NCBI RefSeq assembly: GCF_000150275.1
Contig: NW_002060946.1
Span: 6,300,597-6,364,596 of the forward strand
From: Trichoplax adhaerens
Taxonomy: Eukaryota > Animalia > Placozoa
DNA length: 64,000 nucleotides
Direction of reading: 5' to 3'
Shown: piece by piece, positions 1 through 15,619 of the stretch
Layout: every line of letters starts with the position of its first letter
Position numbering within the stretch: the first letter of the stretch is position 1
Position numbers and translations under genes: made by a program
Notes under the pieces: model-generated
Told to the model about the DNA's origin: nothing
Database searches by the model: none
What the model saw: only the letters and a program-made list of their open reading frames with translations

Positions 1-363
1 TAGCGGAAACCGACGGCCACATTGATAGTGTCTATCTGTAAGTATAAAATTACTGGCAATGTTAATGAATGATTATGTAGACGGAGGCCAATTTTAATAC
101 ATAGCATCTATAAATTTGATGATGATCGAGATAGCTTTACTTACTGTTTGTGTGCGAGTAATTGGCTTTCCTAGCGCTTGCTAGGATTGTCTAATTGAGA
201 ATTATTCTTACTTTTATTTCACTACAGACACGTTCAAATCAATAATGATACTGCCATGGCTTTTTATAAAAATTTTGGATTTGAAGTGATTGAAACAAAG
301 TCAAGTTACTATAAACGTATCGAGCCATCGGACGCTTACGTTTTGGAAAAAAAGTTAAAGTAA
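1..363 (+). CDS. NAA50: N-alpha-acetyltransferase 50 (NatE catalytic subunit), last two exons; 5' part outside window
   Basis: Exons <1-37 and 228-363 (GTAAGT...TACAG intron) splice to ...AETDGHIDSVYLHVQINNDTAMAFYKNFGFEVIETKSSYYKRIEPSDAYVLEKKLK*. This matches the NAA50 GNAT C-terminus (YLHVQxxN, FYxxFGF, YYKRIEPxDA). Confidence 0.93.
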
Positions 364-1129
364 AGGCATTTTAGGTCTGTACAATAATAGCAAAATCTCA
401 GTAGATTATCTCGTGGAATGATCGATACTGTATGGTTATACCGACTTATTTTAAAATGTTGAGAAAGATTTGCTTGTGTTATTGGGTGATAGTCATCGAC
501 ATTTAAGCTGCAATCCATTTTACTGTAATAATAGCAGCATTCAATATTGTCTACTCGTTCGTTGAACGAGTTGACCCAATTTAATTATTCAGTCAAGCTT
601 GAAATGTAATTTATAGTTTTGCTTGTCAATTAAATTAAATTACTTTTGGTTACACTATAATTTATTACTTGTTGCTGATGGACAGTTTTTGTTCCATAGG
701 TGTCAATGAAATTTTTCAAGATAGTCTTCGTCTGCGCAACATTCGTAATAAACCAGAGGTTATGCGATCGAAATTTTAACTTTTCACTCTTCTATTCTAT
801 ATTCTATTACTGTTTCTGGCACTGTAAGAAATAAACCGTTTTTGTACAGTTATTATTGAGATTGATCTGCTTGCAGCAAAGAGTTTTGGCAGGGTCTTCC
901 ATGTAGAATACTTATTTTCCACCCTCGCCTAGCAACTAAGCTAAGAATGCCCTTGAAAAGTAGATTAATGTAGATTAGAGATCGCATAAAACGTTAGGGG
1001 CAATACTAGCCTTAAAACTGTACTTGACTGATACAAACTAGGTGAGCCATACAAGCACAAGGTATAAATAGACATGGCACATTAAATATCGCAATGTCAT
1101 TCAGCTGTATGTAAAAGTTAGCATCACGC

Positions 1130-1945
1130 ATCCGTTGCGATATTAAATTACAGAAAATATGCGTGTATGTTGCTATAAGGAGGGAGAGAAAATAAGGTAG
1201 TAAACGAGCTTAAATTGGTACATAGCTAATGGAATAATTGACGTGATTAGTTTTATCACCATTTCGATTTTTGTAAATTTTATTATACAGTAATCTGAAA
1301 ATTGATTGTTTATCTGGATATCGCAACTTGCACAGTAGGTCCATAACGATCTATTTTGAGTAGAATCTAGCAAAGGGATGACCAGCGGCAGCGAATTCTG
1401 TTTTTTATGACCTTTTCAATTTTTTTAAATATCGAAGTTGTACAGTATCGTAGATTCTAGTTCACGGCCAAGAACCAAAGATAAAATGCCTTGCATTATA
1501 ATCACTGAAATGTTACCGTCGGTAGTGATTGAGAGAAGACGTAAAATACTCTCTATGGTGCTTTTAACTGTAAACATATCCGTTGCAATATTAAATTATA
1601 GAATATGGGTATATGTAGTTAGATGAAGGAGGAAAACAAGGTTGTTAACGAGTTTAAGATGTTATTGGTACAGAGCTAATGTAATAACCTGCATGGATCA
1701 TTTCATCACCGTTTCCATTTTGTAAGCTTTATCATATTGCGAAATATTCAGTCTTTACCTGGACTACAAATCTACAATGCAGTGTACCGACCTATATTTG
1801 AGCGATTATTCTAAACAGAATTTAGTAAATGGATGACCAACGGCAACGAGACTCTTTTTTTATGACCTTTTCCATTTTTGCCAAATATCGAATTGTACAG
1901 TATAATAGTTTCTAGTTCACGGCCAAGAACCAAAGACTAAATGCA
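1130..1945. repeat. Diverged tandem duplication, two ~360-bp copies (~1130-1490 and ~1577-1945)
   Basis: Colinear similarity, including an identical 27-mer TTCTAGTTCACGGCCAAGAACCAAAGA (1455-1481 and 1910-1936) and shared TTTTTTATGACCTTTTC. The segment following copy 1 (~1501-1560) recurs at ~2213-2280. Confidence 0.85.
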
Positions 1946-2602
1946 TCGTTCTTATTTAGACTGTAAGAACTATTGTCTCACTGGCTTTAACTGCAATAGC
2001 TAACGAAGGAATAATCACTTTTTTTAACCTAGTTAAAGAACGATATGAATTGTCATTCCCTTTCATTTCTTATTAAGGAGAAATTAGTTTGAGTAGTCCC
2101 AGCTGTTATTAATAGTGGATTGCGATCCTGTATTCGCTGAACATTGGCCAAGGGGTGACAATTCATTTTGCACACTACTACTTGTTACTTTCGATTAGTC
2201 TGCATAAAGTAGTCACTAAAGCTCTACCGTCCGTAGTAATCGAGAGGACCGGTAAAAAGTCATACTCTCTCCATGATGATTTTAATTTGCATACAGGTAC
2301 GAGAGGCCCAAGAACTGCAACTTATTACTGATACATTGCGAGCTGGTTGTCAACATTTCTACCTCGAGATATTAAGTATGATGTTTGTCCACTAGTCTTC
2401 AATCGGTAGAGCAACAAATTGAAAGTTTTGCAACGGCTAGACTTTGAGATAATAGCGGTAACTGCGATCAATTTCTTCTTGCTACTGCATGAGGATATGA
2501 CAAGGTAGGTTTTTAACCTGCTAGCTGGACATAAATTATTTCACTGTCGTCAAGCGAAGGCTTTTAGCATAAACTACGAGAAAAAGTTCATTGAATTCAA
2601 TC

Positions 2603-5574
2603 ATGGCACGATTTCGCGCTTTGTTATGGCCGACCACTTTCTGCTTGGGTGGATTTATGGGCGTCTATTTCGATAGGTACGTCAAGTATATGATCATCAA
2701 TGGATGATAATTCATACAATCACAATCTTTTTCTCCATTTGGTATTAATAGTGTAAGCTGCTAGTGGATTAATTATACTCTATTCATGATACACGTAGAA
2801 CTAAATATAGAGGATAGTTCAATTTGCAGTGAATAAAGTTGTTATAATACAGTATGGTTTGCTGTTGTTAGTTGTTGATATACGTATGATATGTACACAG
2901 CATAGCATGATCTACTGTCATCATCTTGATATTAATACGAATGAATTAGTGTTGGTATATAGCAGTTTTAGGGGTAAAACATTCTAAAATTACAGTTGTA
3001 ATAGTTCTACAAGTTTCGTTGATTGGTATACAATGGCCATGATTCTTCCATGATCGATTGGATACATTGAAATTGGGCTCCATTCATAATCGCACTGCAG
3101 TAACGTAAATGTACAATTCTACATTGTACAGATCTTGACATTTAGGGGAATATTTTAGTAGTCCATAATCTTGTTTGGCTTAACCTATATGTTACGTTAT
3201 TGCAACATTATCTTATTTGGACGCAATGTTATCTTAAATTCTTTCAATTGCTGTAATACAGTCGTAAAGCATGGTTGCACAAAATCACTGTATCACTTAT
3301 AACCATGCAAAAAGAAATCTGCATGTGGTAATACCAATAGTTGGTAATAGTCGTGATGATTCAACCTATTACCTCGTGAAATTATCTCCAGAAATATGAT
3401 CACAATTTCTATTCCTTTCCTAACGCAGTTAGCTAATAATCTCTTGCTGTACATTGAAAATAAATCAACGATTTTATTAAATCATTACCATTGACATGAT
3501 AGAATAATTTGCACTTGCATTATGTCACAGTACTCTCAAATTTCATCGAAGCTAGTGGTGGCGTTCGATAAGGGTTTCTGTAGCTTTACAAAATACTCTC
3601 ATAGACATAAATTGTTAATCCATCGCCTCCCCTAGGTACCTACACCCCTACAATACAGTTACAGCCAGGGCATCTCTAGATACTATCAAGGATGGTAAAT
3701 CTTCAATTGCTGCTTCTTCGCCTACGAGTGAAATAATGAAGTTTGGCTTTCCAAGTTAGTAATTGGTTGTAGCTAAATCACGTCGATAGTACCCATAAGT
3801 TGATGACAAGTTATAATAGCTTAAAATTTTAGACAAAACGATGTAATACTATATATTACATCTATCACAAAATAGAATAGTCTAACTAATTGCAGCTGAT
3901 AAAGTTGATGCATACGTAGATTTGATTTTACAACTAATGATATTATCGCCTTTACAGGCTATGAAAACATCAAGTCTAGAAATGATTATGTTCTCTCATA
4001 TAACCGAATGCATCGTACAGCAAATTGGGTTATTGAGGTAAGCCGTAACGTAATTAATTATCGTGAATGGGAAGATACAATAAACAGCGCACTGCTTGCT
4101 ACAACGAATATATTTCAAGTTAACACTAGGTTTCCTTAACTGTTTCACATAGGACATAGATTACATAGCTTCGATCGAGAAATTCTAAGATAAAATTTAA
4201 CTGGATTAGCTAACTGTAAATGTAATGTCACTTATTTCATTAGCATCTTACCTCGGATAAACTGCGTCAACGCAATGCTGACAGAAGCGAATCAATCTTT
4301 ACTGAAGATTTATCTGTACCTGAAATGTTTAGATCTACAAACAAAGACTACTCGTATGTAACCTGGAAATCGCTTATAAATCATGATTGATAAACATTGT
4401 TCCATGGATAAAGCAGTATGAAAATAACACGTAGCTCTGTAATAATGCAGCATTAACGAACTTGCTACGTTATTGAATATAATGCAAGATAATATAGTAG
4501 AGTTACAACCTAATAGTTAGTCGCTGCAGTCCTAATAGGATAACTAATACGATTGCTTAATAAGACTTATTATGATATGTTTGGGATCTTATTGTGTTTC
4601 CTATCTGCTATAGCAAAAGCGGATTTGATCGGGGACATTTGGCAGCAGCACGTAATCATGCACATTCACAGGATGCTTTGAAAGATACGTTTTATCTTAG
4701 CAATATGAGTCCGCAGGTCAGTAGAAACGTTTAATGAACGATATTGACTCATGCCTTGGATTCGCTGTCGGTGCTACATGAAGTAATTAACAGATACGTA
4801 AATTTACTTTAGGTTGGAGAAGGGTTCAATCGCGGTATTTGGAATAGATTAGAACAGCAGGTTCGGAGTCTGACCAAAGTGTATCCGGATGTCTATGTTA
4901 TCACTGGGCCGCTATATCTTCCTCTGTAACTAATACTGTAGTAGTTTTATTGGTCAATAAATGTAAATTCGATTGAATTACGTTATGTAATTTGAGTATA
5001 GTGATATTATTTCCATATTAATTAAACATGTAGTGTGGAAAACGATGGAAAAAAATATGTGAAATATCAGGTATTGCAACGTCAACGATGGAAGAGAAAG
5101 AAGCTTTATATCTGGGCTTTTAACATAATTACTTACAATCTTATTCTTGTTAGGTCATTGGCAAAAACAATGTATCAGTTCCTACTCATTTTTTTAAGAT
5201 TGTAGTCGGAGATCGTCGAAAAGAAAAAAATGATGCTAAATTGGAACTCCAGGTAATTGATATCATTCTTATGTCGAATACGCTGTTGTAATGTACAATT
5301 CTTAGTACAATGCGGTTATCTACTTTATAAAGTCTTTATTCTAACATTTGTTCTTTGAGCCCCTGTTATATCATCTGTGATGTAATGTTGTAGTTTATAA
5401 TTTAACTTTAATTCACCCATGTAGGTCTTCCTCATACCGAACAGAAGTATCCCCGATGATACTCCGCTACACGCTTTTATGGTGCCTCTAGAATCAGTTG
5501 AGAAAGCATCAGGACTTACTTTTCTAGATAAAATTTCTCGCTCAGCTATTAAACAAGGACGTCTTACTACTTGA
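2603..5574 (+). CDS. ENDOG: Endonuclease G, mitochondrial DNA/RNA non-specific betabetaalpha-Me nuclease, paralogue 1 (294 aa, 9 exons)
   Basis: Exons 2603-2676, 3636-3754, 3958-4037, 4244-4353, 4614-4716, 4813-4925, 5034-5070, 5154-5252, 5425-5574, all GT-AG and phase-compatible. Motifs: EIMKFGFP, DYVLSYNR..RTANWVIEHL, catalytic SGFDRGHLAAA, DTFYLSNMSPQVGEGFNRGIWNRLE, VITGPLYLP, VSVPTHFFK, VEKASGL. N-terminus MARFRALLWPTTFCLGGFMG is presequence-like. Confidence 0.95.
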
Positions 5575-6828
5575 TGATTTACATTTGCTCTTATCTCTTA
5601 TTGACATGCCAAATTACTTTCATGATGATGACCATTTTTAATTAAAGAGTAAATTTCGATGATTGTATGAGCAATTTATTGTTTCTTTATACTGTGATTG
5701 TACTAACTTGTTACAATTACAAGATCTAGATTAATGGGGCTTGTAGCTAGATTGTGGTGCGGCATTTGCTTCCGGAATTCGTATATAATTACTAATAAAA
5801 TATTCATGCAGGCTGCATATTGTTAAAGTGATCATTTGCATAGATATCAGAGAAGAAGGTTAATCTGTCTACAATCAATCAGGTAATTATAGATGGCTTT
5901 AAGTATATTATTATGTACAAACATAATCGTACGAGATATACATTGTTTTACCGTTGAAATAAACTTCAAAGTGATTCAAATACTATGGAACGATCAATGT
6001 TAAGGTGTTAATTAATCAACTAAAACCCTTGCATCCCTGCTTGTATGTGTTTATAGTTGCTGATACATCAGGTTTGGCAGTCTAAAAGTTGTGAATCACT
6101 GCGATCTTTCTGTCTAAATATCCTGGCAAAGGTAAAGCAGGATCTAAAAAGGATTTTTACTCTGCTAATTAATAATATAATATAATTCAAACAGGTTGCT
6201 ATACGGACAGAATTATGATATTAATAGGAATGAGTGTGGTATAACAAATACCTTTAGTGCACTGGATATAAATCATTTTATTTTAATTTTTGAATCAAAT
6301 GATAGACAAAGCCATAATAAGTAATCTAATAAGACGTTTCAGGGACTTTTCTATCTAATGTGCTCTACAGCTAAAGGCTGACTCCCTGACCCCTAATATC
6401 ATTTCCAACAATCCGAAATCGCTTGGTAGCTTAGTATGGGACTAATTCCAAATTAAATGAATAAATAAGCATTTCCGGATAATTGAGGGTTCTGCATGGT
6501 AAATTATATATTCATCTATTGTAATTACTGTATACTTATCATCATATAGTATGCCATTTAGTGTAGAACAAGACAATGAGTTATAAACAGTATAGCCAAA
6601 GTCTGTATGAGCAGCACAAAAAAAATATTTATTGTTTGGACAATAAAAGCGAGGGCGCATAAACCCATTCGCTCGATTTTTTTTTATTTAGCTACTTATA
6701 GTTGTATAGTGTAAGGATAATACTGTCCAAGACAGTTTTCTAACCCGATAACTGAGCAAGAAATTAATTCCACTGTCATCAGGATAAGAATTTTAACATC
6801 AACACCAAAGAATTAGTCGAACTCCGTG

Positions 6829-9800
6829 ATGGCACAATTACGTAGCTTATTGTTGCCAACAATCTTCTGCTTGGGTGGACTTATGGGCAACTATTTCGAT
6901 AGGTATCATACGTAAAGTACATGAGTAATAATTAATAATAGCTTAAACAACCATAAGCTTTTCGTCATTTAATGTTATTTTAAGCGACTAGTAGATTGAT
7001 TCCGTAGATTAATTCCGTTCTAGCATAGAGGATAATTCGATTTGCAATTCGTTAGCATAGCTCTTCTAACACTATCGTTTGTGTCTGTTGATGTATGATT
7101 GTGACGAAAACAAACTCATCACGGATAATTTGTTAATTTATTTAAGCGATGAAATTGTGTTCTATGTTAAAGCATATTAACGATTAGAAGCATTGCTTTA
7201 ACTTTTGTAACTGCTGGTAGAATAGTGCTGCACAATTACTGTGATGATTAACAGATTCTCAGAGGCGGTACTGGCTTATTGTTGTTAATCTTGAGAGTGT
7301 TGAATAATTTACTCAGTGATTGATTAGCACTTCATATAAACGATTATTCATTAATTAATAAAAAGTAGTTGAGTAGTGCTCAATTGAGCTACATTAACTG
7401 GCTAAAGTAAAGTTATACACGTGGATCAGAAAGTTTTCTGCAGGATAAAAGGCTAAATAGTGTCGTTACACCATTAAAGAAACAAGTATTAAAAGGACAG
7501 TTGTAATGAATATCAAGCTACGCGATAGGCTTGCTGGATCAGCGAAGAAAGATGGCAATAACTTCATAATATCTCCTTGAGCTATAACCTTGATGGTGAT
7601 AGTCATACTTTATATATTATCTGCTGCATAGGTCTATAGAAGCGATTATTCATGAATAAAAAGTAGTTGAGTAGTGCTGAATTGAGCTATACAAGTTAGC
7701 CAAAGTAAAGTTGTACACGTAGATCAGAAAGTTATCTGTAGGATAAAAGGCAAAGTAGTGTCAGAAATATCAATACAGAAACAAGTATTAAAAGGAAAGT
7801 TGTAACGAATAGCAAGCTACGTGATCGATTTGCTAGATTAGCAAAGGAAATGGGCAATAATTCCATGTGATCTTGAGCCACAACCTTATGATAATGATAC
7901 AGTATATATTATTTGCTGCATATAGGACAAATAAAGATCATCATCTTGATTACAAATACGTCTAAATTAGTGTTTATACATAGCAGTATTGGGGAGAAGT
8001 GTTATAGAATTGCAATTGCAATATTTTTTATAAGTTATATTGACTAGTATGCAATCGCTAAGATGATTCTTCCATGATCGATGTGATAGATTGCAATCTT
8101 GTCCCATTCGTAATCGTACAAATGTCTATGCATTTTGAGGGGCTTCTGTCTAATGTTATTCGAACATAACTTTATTTTAACGTGATGTTATCTTTGGATT
8201 TTTTTGATGAATATATTAGAAGGCATCGCTGCATAAAATTACTGTCAATTATAGACGTGCATATAAAAATCTGAATACTGTCGTTACAATAATTCGTAAT
8301 AGTCATGATGATCTACCTGTTAACTCATAAAAGTATCTCTCAGACGTATTATTATCACAATTGTTATCGCTTTCCCTAATGCAAGGTTAAGAATCTCTTG
8401 CTGTACATTAAAAATAAATTAATTATTTTATTTATTAAACCATGACTATTAATACGCTAAAATGATTTACACTTGCACTATATCGCAATGCTCTCAAGTT
8501 TCGTTGAAACAAATGGCGTTCGATAAGAGTTGCTGTTCATATCGAAATTGATTAGTACATTACCTCTTTCTAGATACACACAGTCCAAGAATATAGTTGC
8601 AGAGAAGGCATCTCTAGTTACTACTACGGATAATAAATGTTCACTTGGCGATATTCCTTCGTCTGCGAAAGAGATCATGAAATTCGGCTTTCCAAGTTAG
8701 TCATTACACGGTTTGGTTGTAGCTAAGTCCTATTGGTAGTACTCAAAAGCTGATGACTTGTTCTAGTAGCTTAAAACTCTAGACAAAACGATACAATTTG
8801 TGGCATCTATCAAAAAATAGGAAAATTTAGTAATTGCAGCTAATAAAGTTAATTATTGCATACGTACAACAAATTTAATTTTACAATTGATTACCATCTC
8901 CACAGGCTGTGAAAATCTTAAGTTTAGAGAGGATTATGTCCTCTCATACAACCGAGTGCATCGTACAGCCAATTGGGTTATCGAGGTAAGCTGCAAAATA
9001 AAGTAATTGATTCTATTAAATGGGAAAATTTAATATACAGTACTGTTTCGTAGTTTGCTATAACGAGTACCCTTAAGAATAAACCTTTAGGCTTCATAAA
9101 TCATTCTCTATAGGGCATAGATTACATAGTTTCAATGCAACAATTCTGAAATTAAAGTAAAATGGATAACAGTAAACGTAAGAATATAATTATAATATTA
9201 TAGTAGGTTGTAAATTTGCTATTCAAATTTAATTTCTCATTTCCTTAGCATTTAACCGCAGATAAAGTGTTTCAACGTGATTTTAAAAGAAAATCATCAA
9301 TGTTCAAGGAGGATACATCTGTACCAGTTTTGTTTAGATCTACAAAAAAAGACTACCGGTACACATACATAGGCTAGAAATTACAACCTGAGTAATCGTA
9401 ATTAATCAACAGTGTAGTATGAATAAAGGGGCAGAGAAATATATGTAATTCTGAATTCTGGGTACAGCTTTAATTGAATTTCTAAATTATTTGATACAAT
9501 ACAATAGAATAGAGTTAAAACATGATAATAGCTGTAATCCTAATATGATAGTTGATGCAATTGCTCAATAGGACAAGTTATATTATGCTTTAGTGTTCTA
9601 TCGTCTTTCATAACTACTGGATTATAGAAACAGCGGTTTTGATCGAGGACATTTGGCACCAGCAGGTGATCACGGATATTCATTGAAAGCTTTAAAAGAT
9701 ACATTTTATCTCAGTAATATGAGTCCGCAGGTCTGTATAAATATTTGAGCAACGATAGTGATTTTTATTGCGAATTTCCTGTCTGGATTGTGCGAAATAG

Positions 9801-10583
9801 TTAACAAATGCGTAAACTTGCTTTAGGTTGGAGTAGGATTCAATCGTGATATTTGGAAGAGATTAGAAGAGTATACTCGAAATCAGACGCGTGTGTATAC
9901 GGATATCTATGTTATCACTGGGCCGCTATATCTCCCAAAGTAACTTGCAGTAGTTGCAATAGTAAAAAATTGTAAAATTGAATTCATCACAATGTATAAA
10001 ATTAAATACGGCGATATCATTTCTATATTAAAGAGAGAGTGCGGAAAAGGATGGAAAAAGATATGTTAAATATCAGGTATTGCAGCGTCAATAATTAATT
10101 GAAGAGGAGAAAGTGAATTGCTGAATTATATTTGATTATAGACAATCTTATTACTGTTAGGTAATTGGCAAAAACGATGTATCAGTTCCTACTCATTTTT
10201 TTAAGATTATAGTGGGAGATAATCGAAAAAAAAAAAGTAATGCCCAGTTACAACTTCAGGTATTGGTCTTGTTCTTATGTACGAATACCTTAATGTGATA
10301 TATAATACGAATAAAATACGATCATCTACGTCAGAAAGTCTTTAATCTAATATCTTTATCCTTTGAATCTGTGTTAGATTATCTATGATGTAATATTGTG
10401 GTTTCATGATTTAATTATGATTCACTCTTGTAGGTCTTTCAAATGCCTAACGAAAAAATCTCCAAAGGAACTCCACTAGATGAATATAAGACATCTCTAA
10501 AATCAGTTGAGAAAGCATCAGGACTTCTTTTCCTAGATAAAGCCTCTTCGTTGGCTATTGCAACAGATCGTTCTGCCATTTGA
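6829..10583 (+). CDS. ENDOG: Endonuclease G paralogue 2 (~295-297 aa, same 9-exon structure)
   Basis: Exons 6829-6902, 8574-8695, 8906-8985, 9249-9358, 9628-9730, 9827-9939, 10034(or 10040)-10076, 10161-10259, 10434-10583. The frame is open throughout. Motifs: SGFDRGHLAPAGDH, DTFYLSNMSPQVGVGFNRDIWKRLE, VSVPTHFFK. Confidence 0.93.
7340..7926. repeat. Tandem ~300-bp duplication inside intron 1 of EndoG paralogue 2
   Basis: CGATTATTCAT...AATAAAAAGTAGTTGAGTAGTGCT...AGAAACAAGTATTAAAAGGA...TGCTGCATA at ~7341-7632 and ~7643-7926. I did not see it in intron 1 of paralogue 1. Confidence 0.88.
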
Positions 10584-11045
10584 TGATCCATATTCGTTCT
10601 TACATTTACAGTATACCAAATTGTTTTAATGCATGATGAAAGCTATTTTTAAGTAAAGGGTAAATTTCGATGATTGTATGAGTAATTCATTGTTACTTTG
10701 CTCTGGAATTATGATGTCGCTATTGCCAGGTATAAATTAAGTATAAGTTTGCAGCTAGATTATAGCGTTGAGTATGAGGAACTATCGTGTTGAAAGTTAA
10801 TTTTTAGAATTCTCCTTCGAATTTTTATATTGCGATAAGTATTGTAGTTTAACAGTGACTGATTTACAGTAGTCAAGTTTTTATCCTATGGTAGAATAAT
10901 AAAATCTTTATTGCAATATCGGAACAAAACTGGTTAACTTCATAAGCAATTGGCTACGAATTTGATCATCATTTGAAGCATTAGAATTACCCCCCTCCCA
11001 ATGGGAATATATTCGTTAAATAACTCTTTATATTGTATAATACCT

Positions 11046-11384
11046 AACAAAAATGACGACTATTTAATAATGATAAATCATAACCTAGATAAAGTAGCCG
11101 GATTTTATCATTATTAGATAGCTAGTTTTGTTTAGAAATGATAGTAAAGGTTTTATTACTGCCTCATCACGGGGAGCACCTTCGCTAGCAGTCATGAATC
11201 GTTTAAATAATAGAGTTCTCCTTCAAAGTTTTGGCATAGTAATCAGTATTATAGCATAGCAGCGACTAATTTATTTAGATTTTTGGAGTAGATTTCATTT
11301 AGTACTCGTATAGGATCACATCGCAAACCCGATTCATTGATCCAGGTTATGTTTTATCATTGTTAGATAGTCGTAATTTTTGTT
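11046..11384. mobile_element. MITE-like element / foldback with ~44-bp imperfect terminal inverted repeats
   Basis: The reverse complement of 11046-11089 matches 11341-11384 at 39/44 positions. A third partial arm lies at 11101-11132. No ORF and no clear target-site duplication. Confidence 0.5.
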
Positions 11385-12282
11385 TACTATAATTATTATA
11401 CTGTAACCAAAGTATATATTAGCTGATATTCAGTAGGTTTGGTATAAAAATTATAATAAAGTGGTGTTTTCCCTTATATTTAAATTGGTTTCGAAAGCGA
11501 TTACTAGTTTTTAGTCAAGTTCTTCGCTACATACTGTAACACAAATAAGAATTGGTGGAAAAACGTGTGTCAAGAAACAAACGTTGGAGTATTAACAAGC
11601 ATAGAAAATAAATCAACTAAGATTTAAGATAATACCTCTTGTGCACATAGATGCAACTGCACGCTTTAATCCTATTTCGTTATTAACAAGAACAGTTAAT
11701 GTAGCCATCTTCAAGACTACTCTCAGAAATCATTGAAAAGAAATCATGATGCTTAATCAAATAAATTCAATTTCTTGGTCTGGCTGAACAGAATGAGTTA
11801 CATAGCTCTTCTTATTATCCTTTTATATCAGTTGAATCATACCGTCTTAATTTTCGTTTGTCTTTATTGGTAATTTTACCCTTAGATTATATTTATTTTA
11901 TATTAAGATTAATCTAAGTAGTTTATATGGCAACTGATTTCATAGAAATATGACAATAAATTCCCAAGAACATAATTCAATATTACCTTTGAACCTATAG
12001 TCGTTTCATTATGCAATGAATATGATATGAATTTGAAAAAAAGTTACTAGAGAAGGTTCGAGCTAGCAGTTGCATACATCAAGAATAATGATGTAGTTTA
12101 TAATAATGAAAATACAAAGTGTTATAAATTTAAATATCATAAATACCCTAGACAGGTAATATGATGAAACTGTGGAAACCAATAATGAATCACATAAAGC
12201 AACTGATAACTGCGTAAAATATTTAAATCGTTAAAATACAAATTGTTAACTACAGTGTACTGATCGCATCCTATCGACTTGT

Positions 12283-15619
<3,337 letters not shown>

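Larger units (their letters stand above)
2500..10760 (+). repeat. Tandem segmental duplication carrying the two EndoG genes (~2500-5750 vs ~6730-10760)
   Basis: 5' flank, all introns and 3' flank remain alignable, e.g. ATGATTCTTCCATGATCGAT in both first introns, AATCTCTTGCTGTACATTRAAAATAAAT, and GTAAATTTCGATGATTGTATGAG after both stops. Confidence 0.9.

Noticed and set aside
336-1626. Short ORFs 336-518, 1173-1373 and 1438-1626
   Set aside because: No recognisable motifs; they overlap the NAA50 end/3' UTR or the non-coding duplication, whose second copy is broken by indels.
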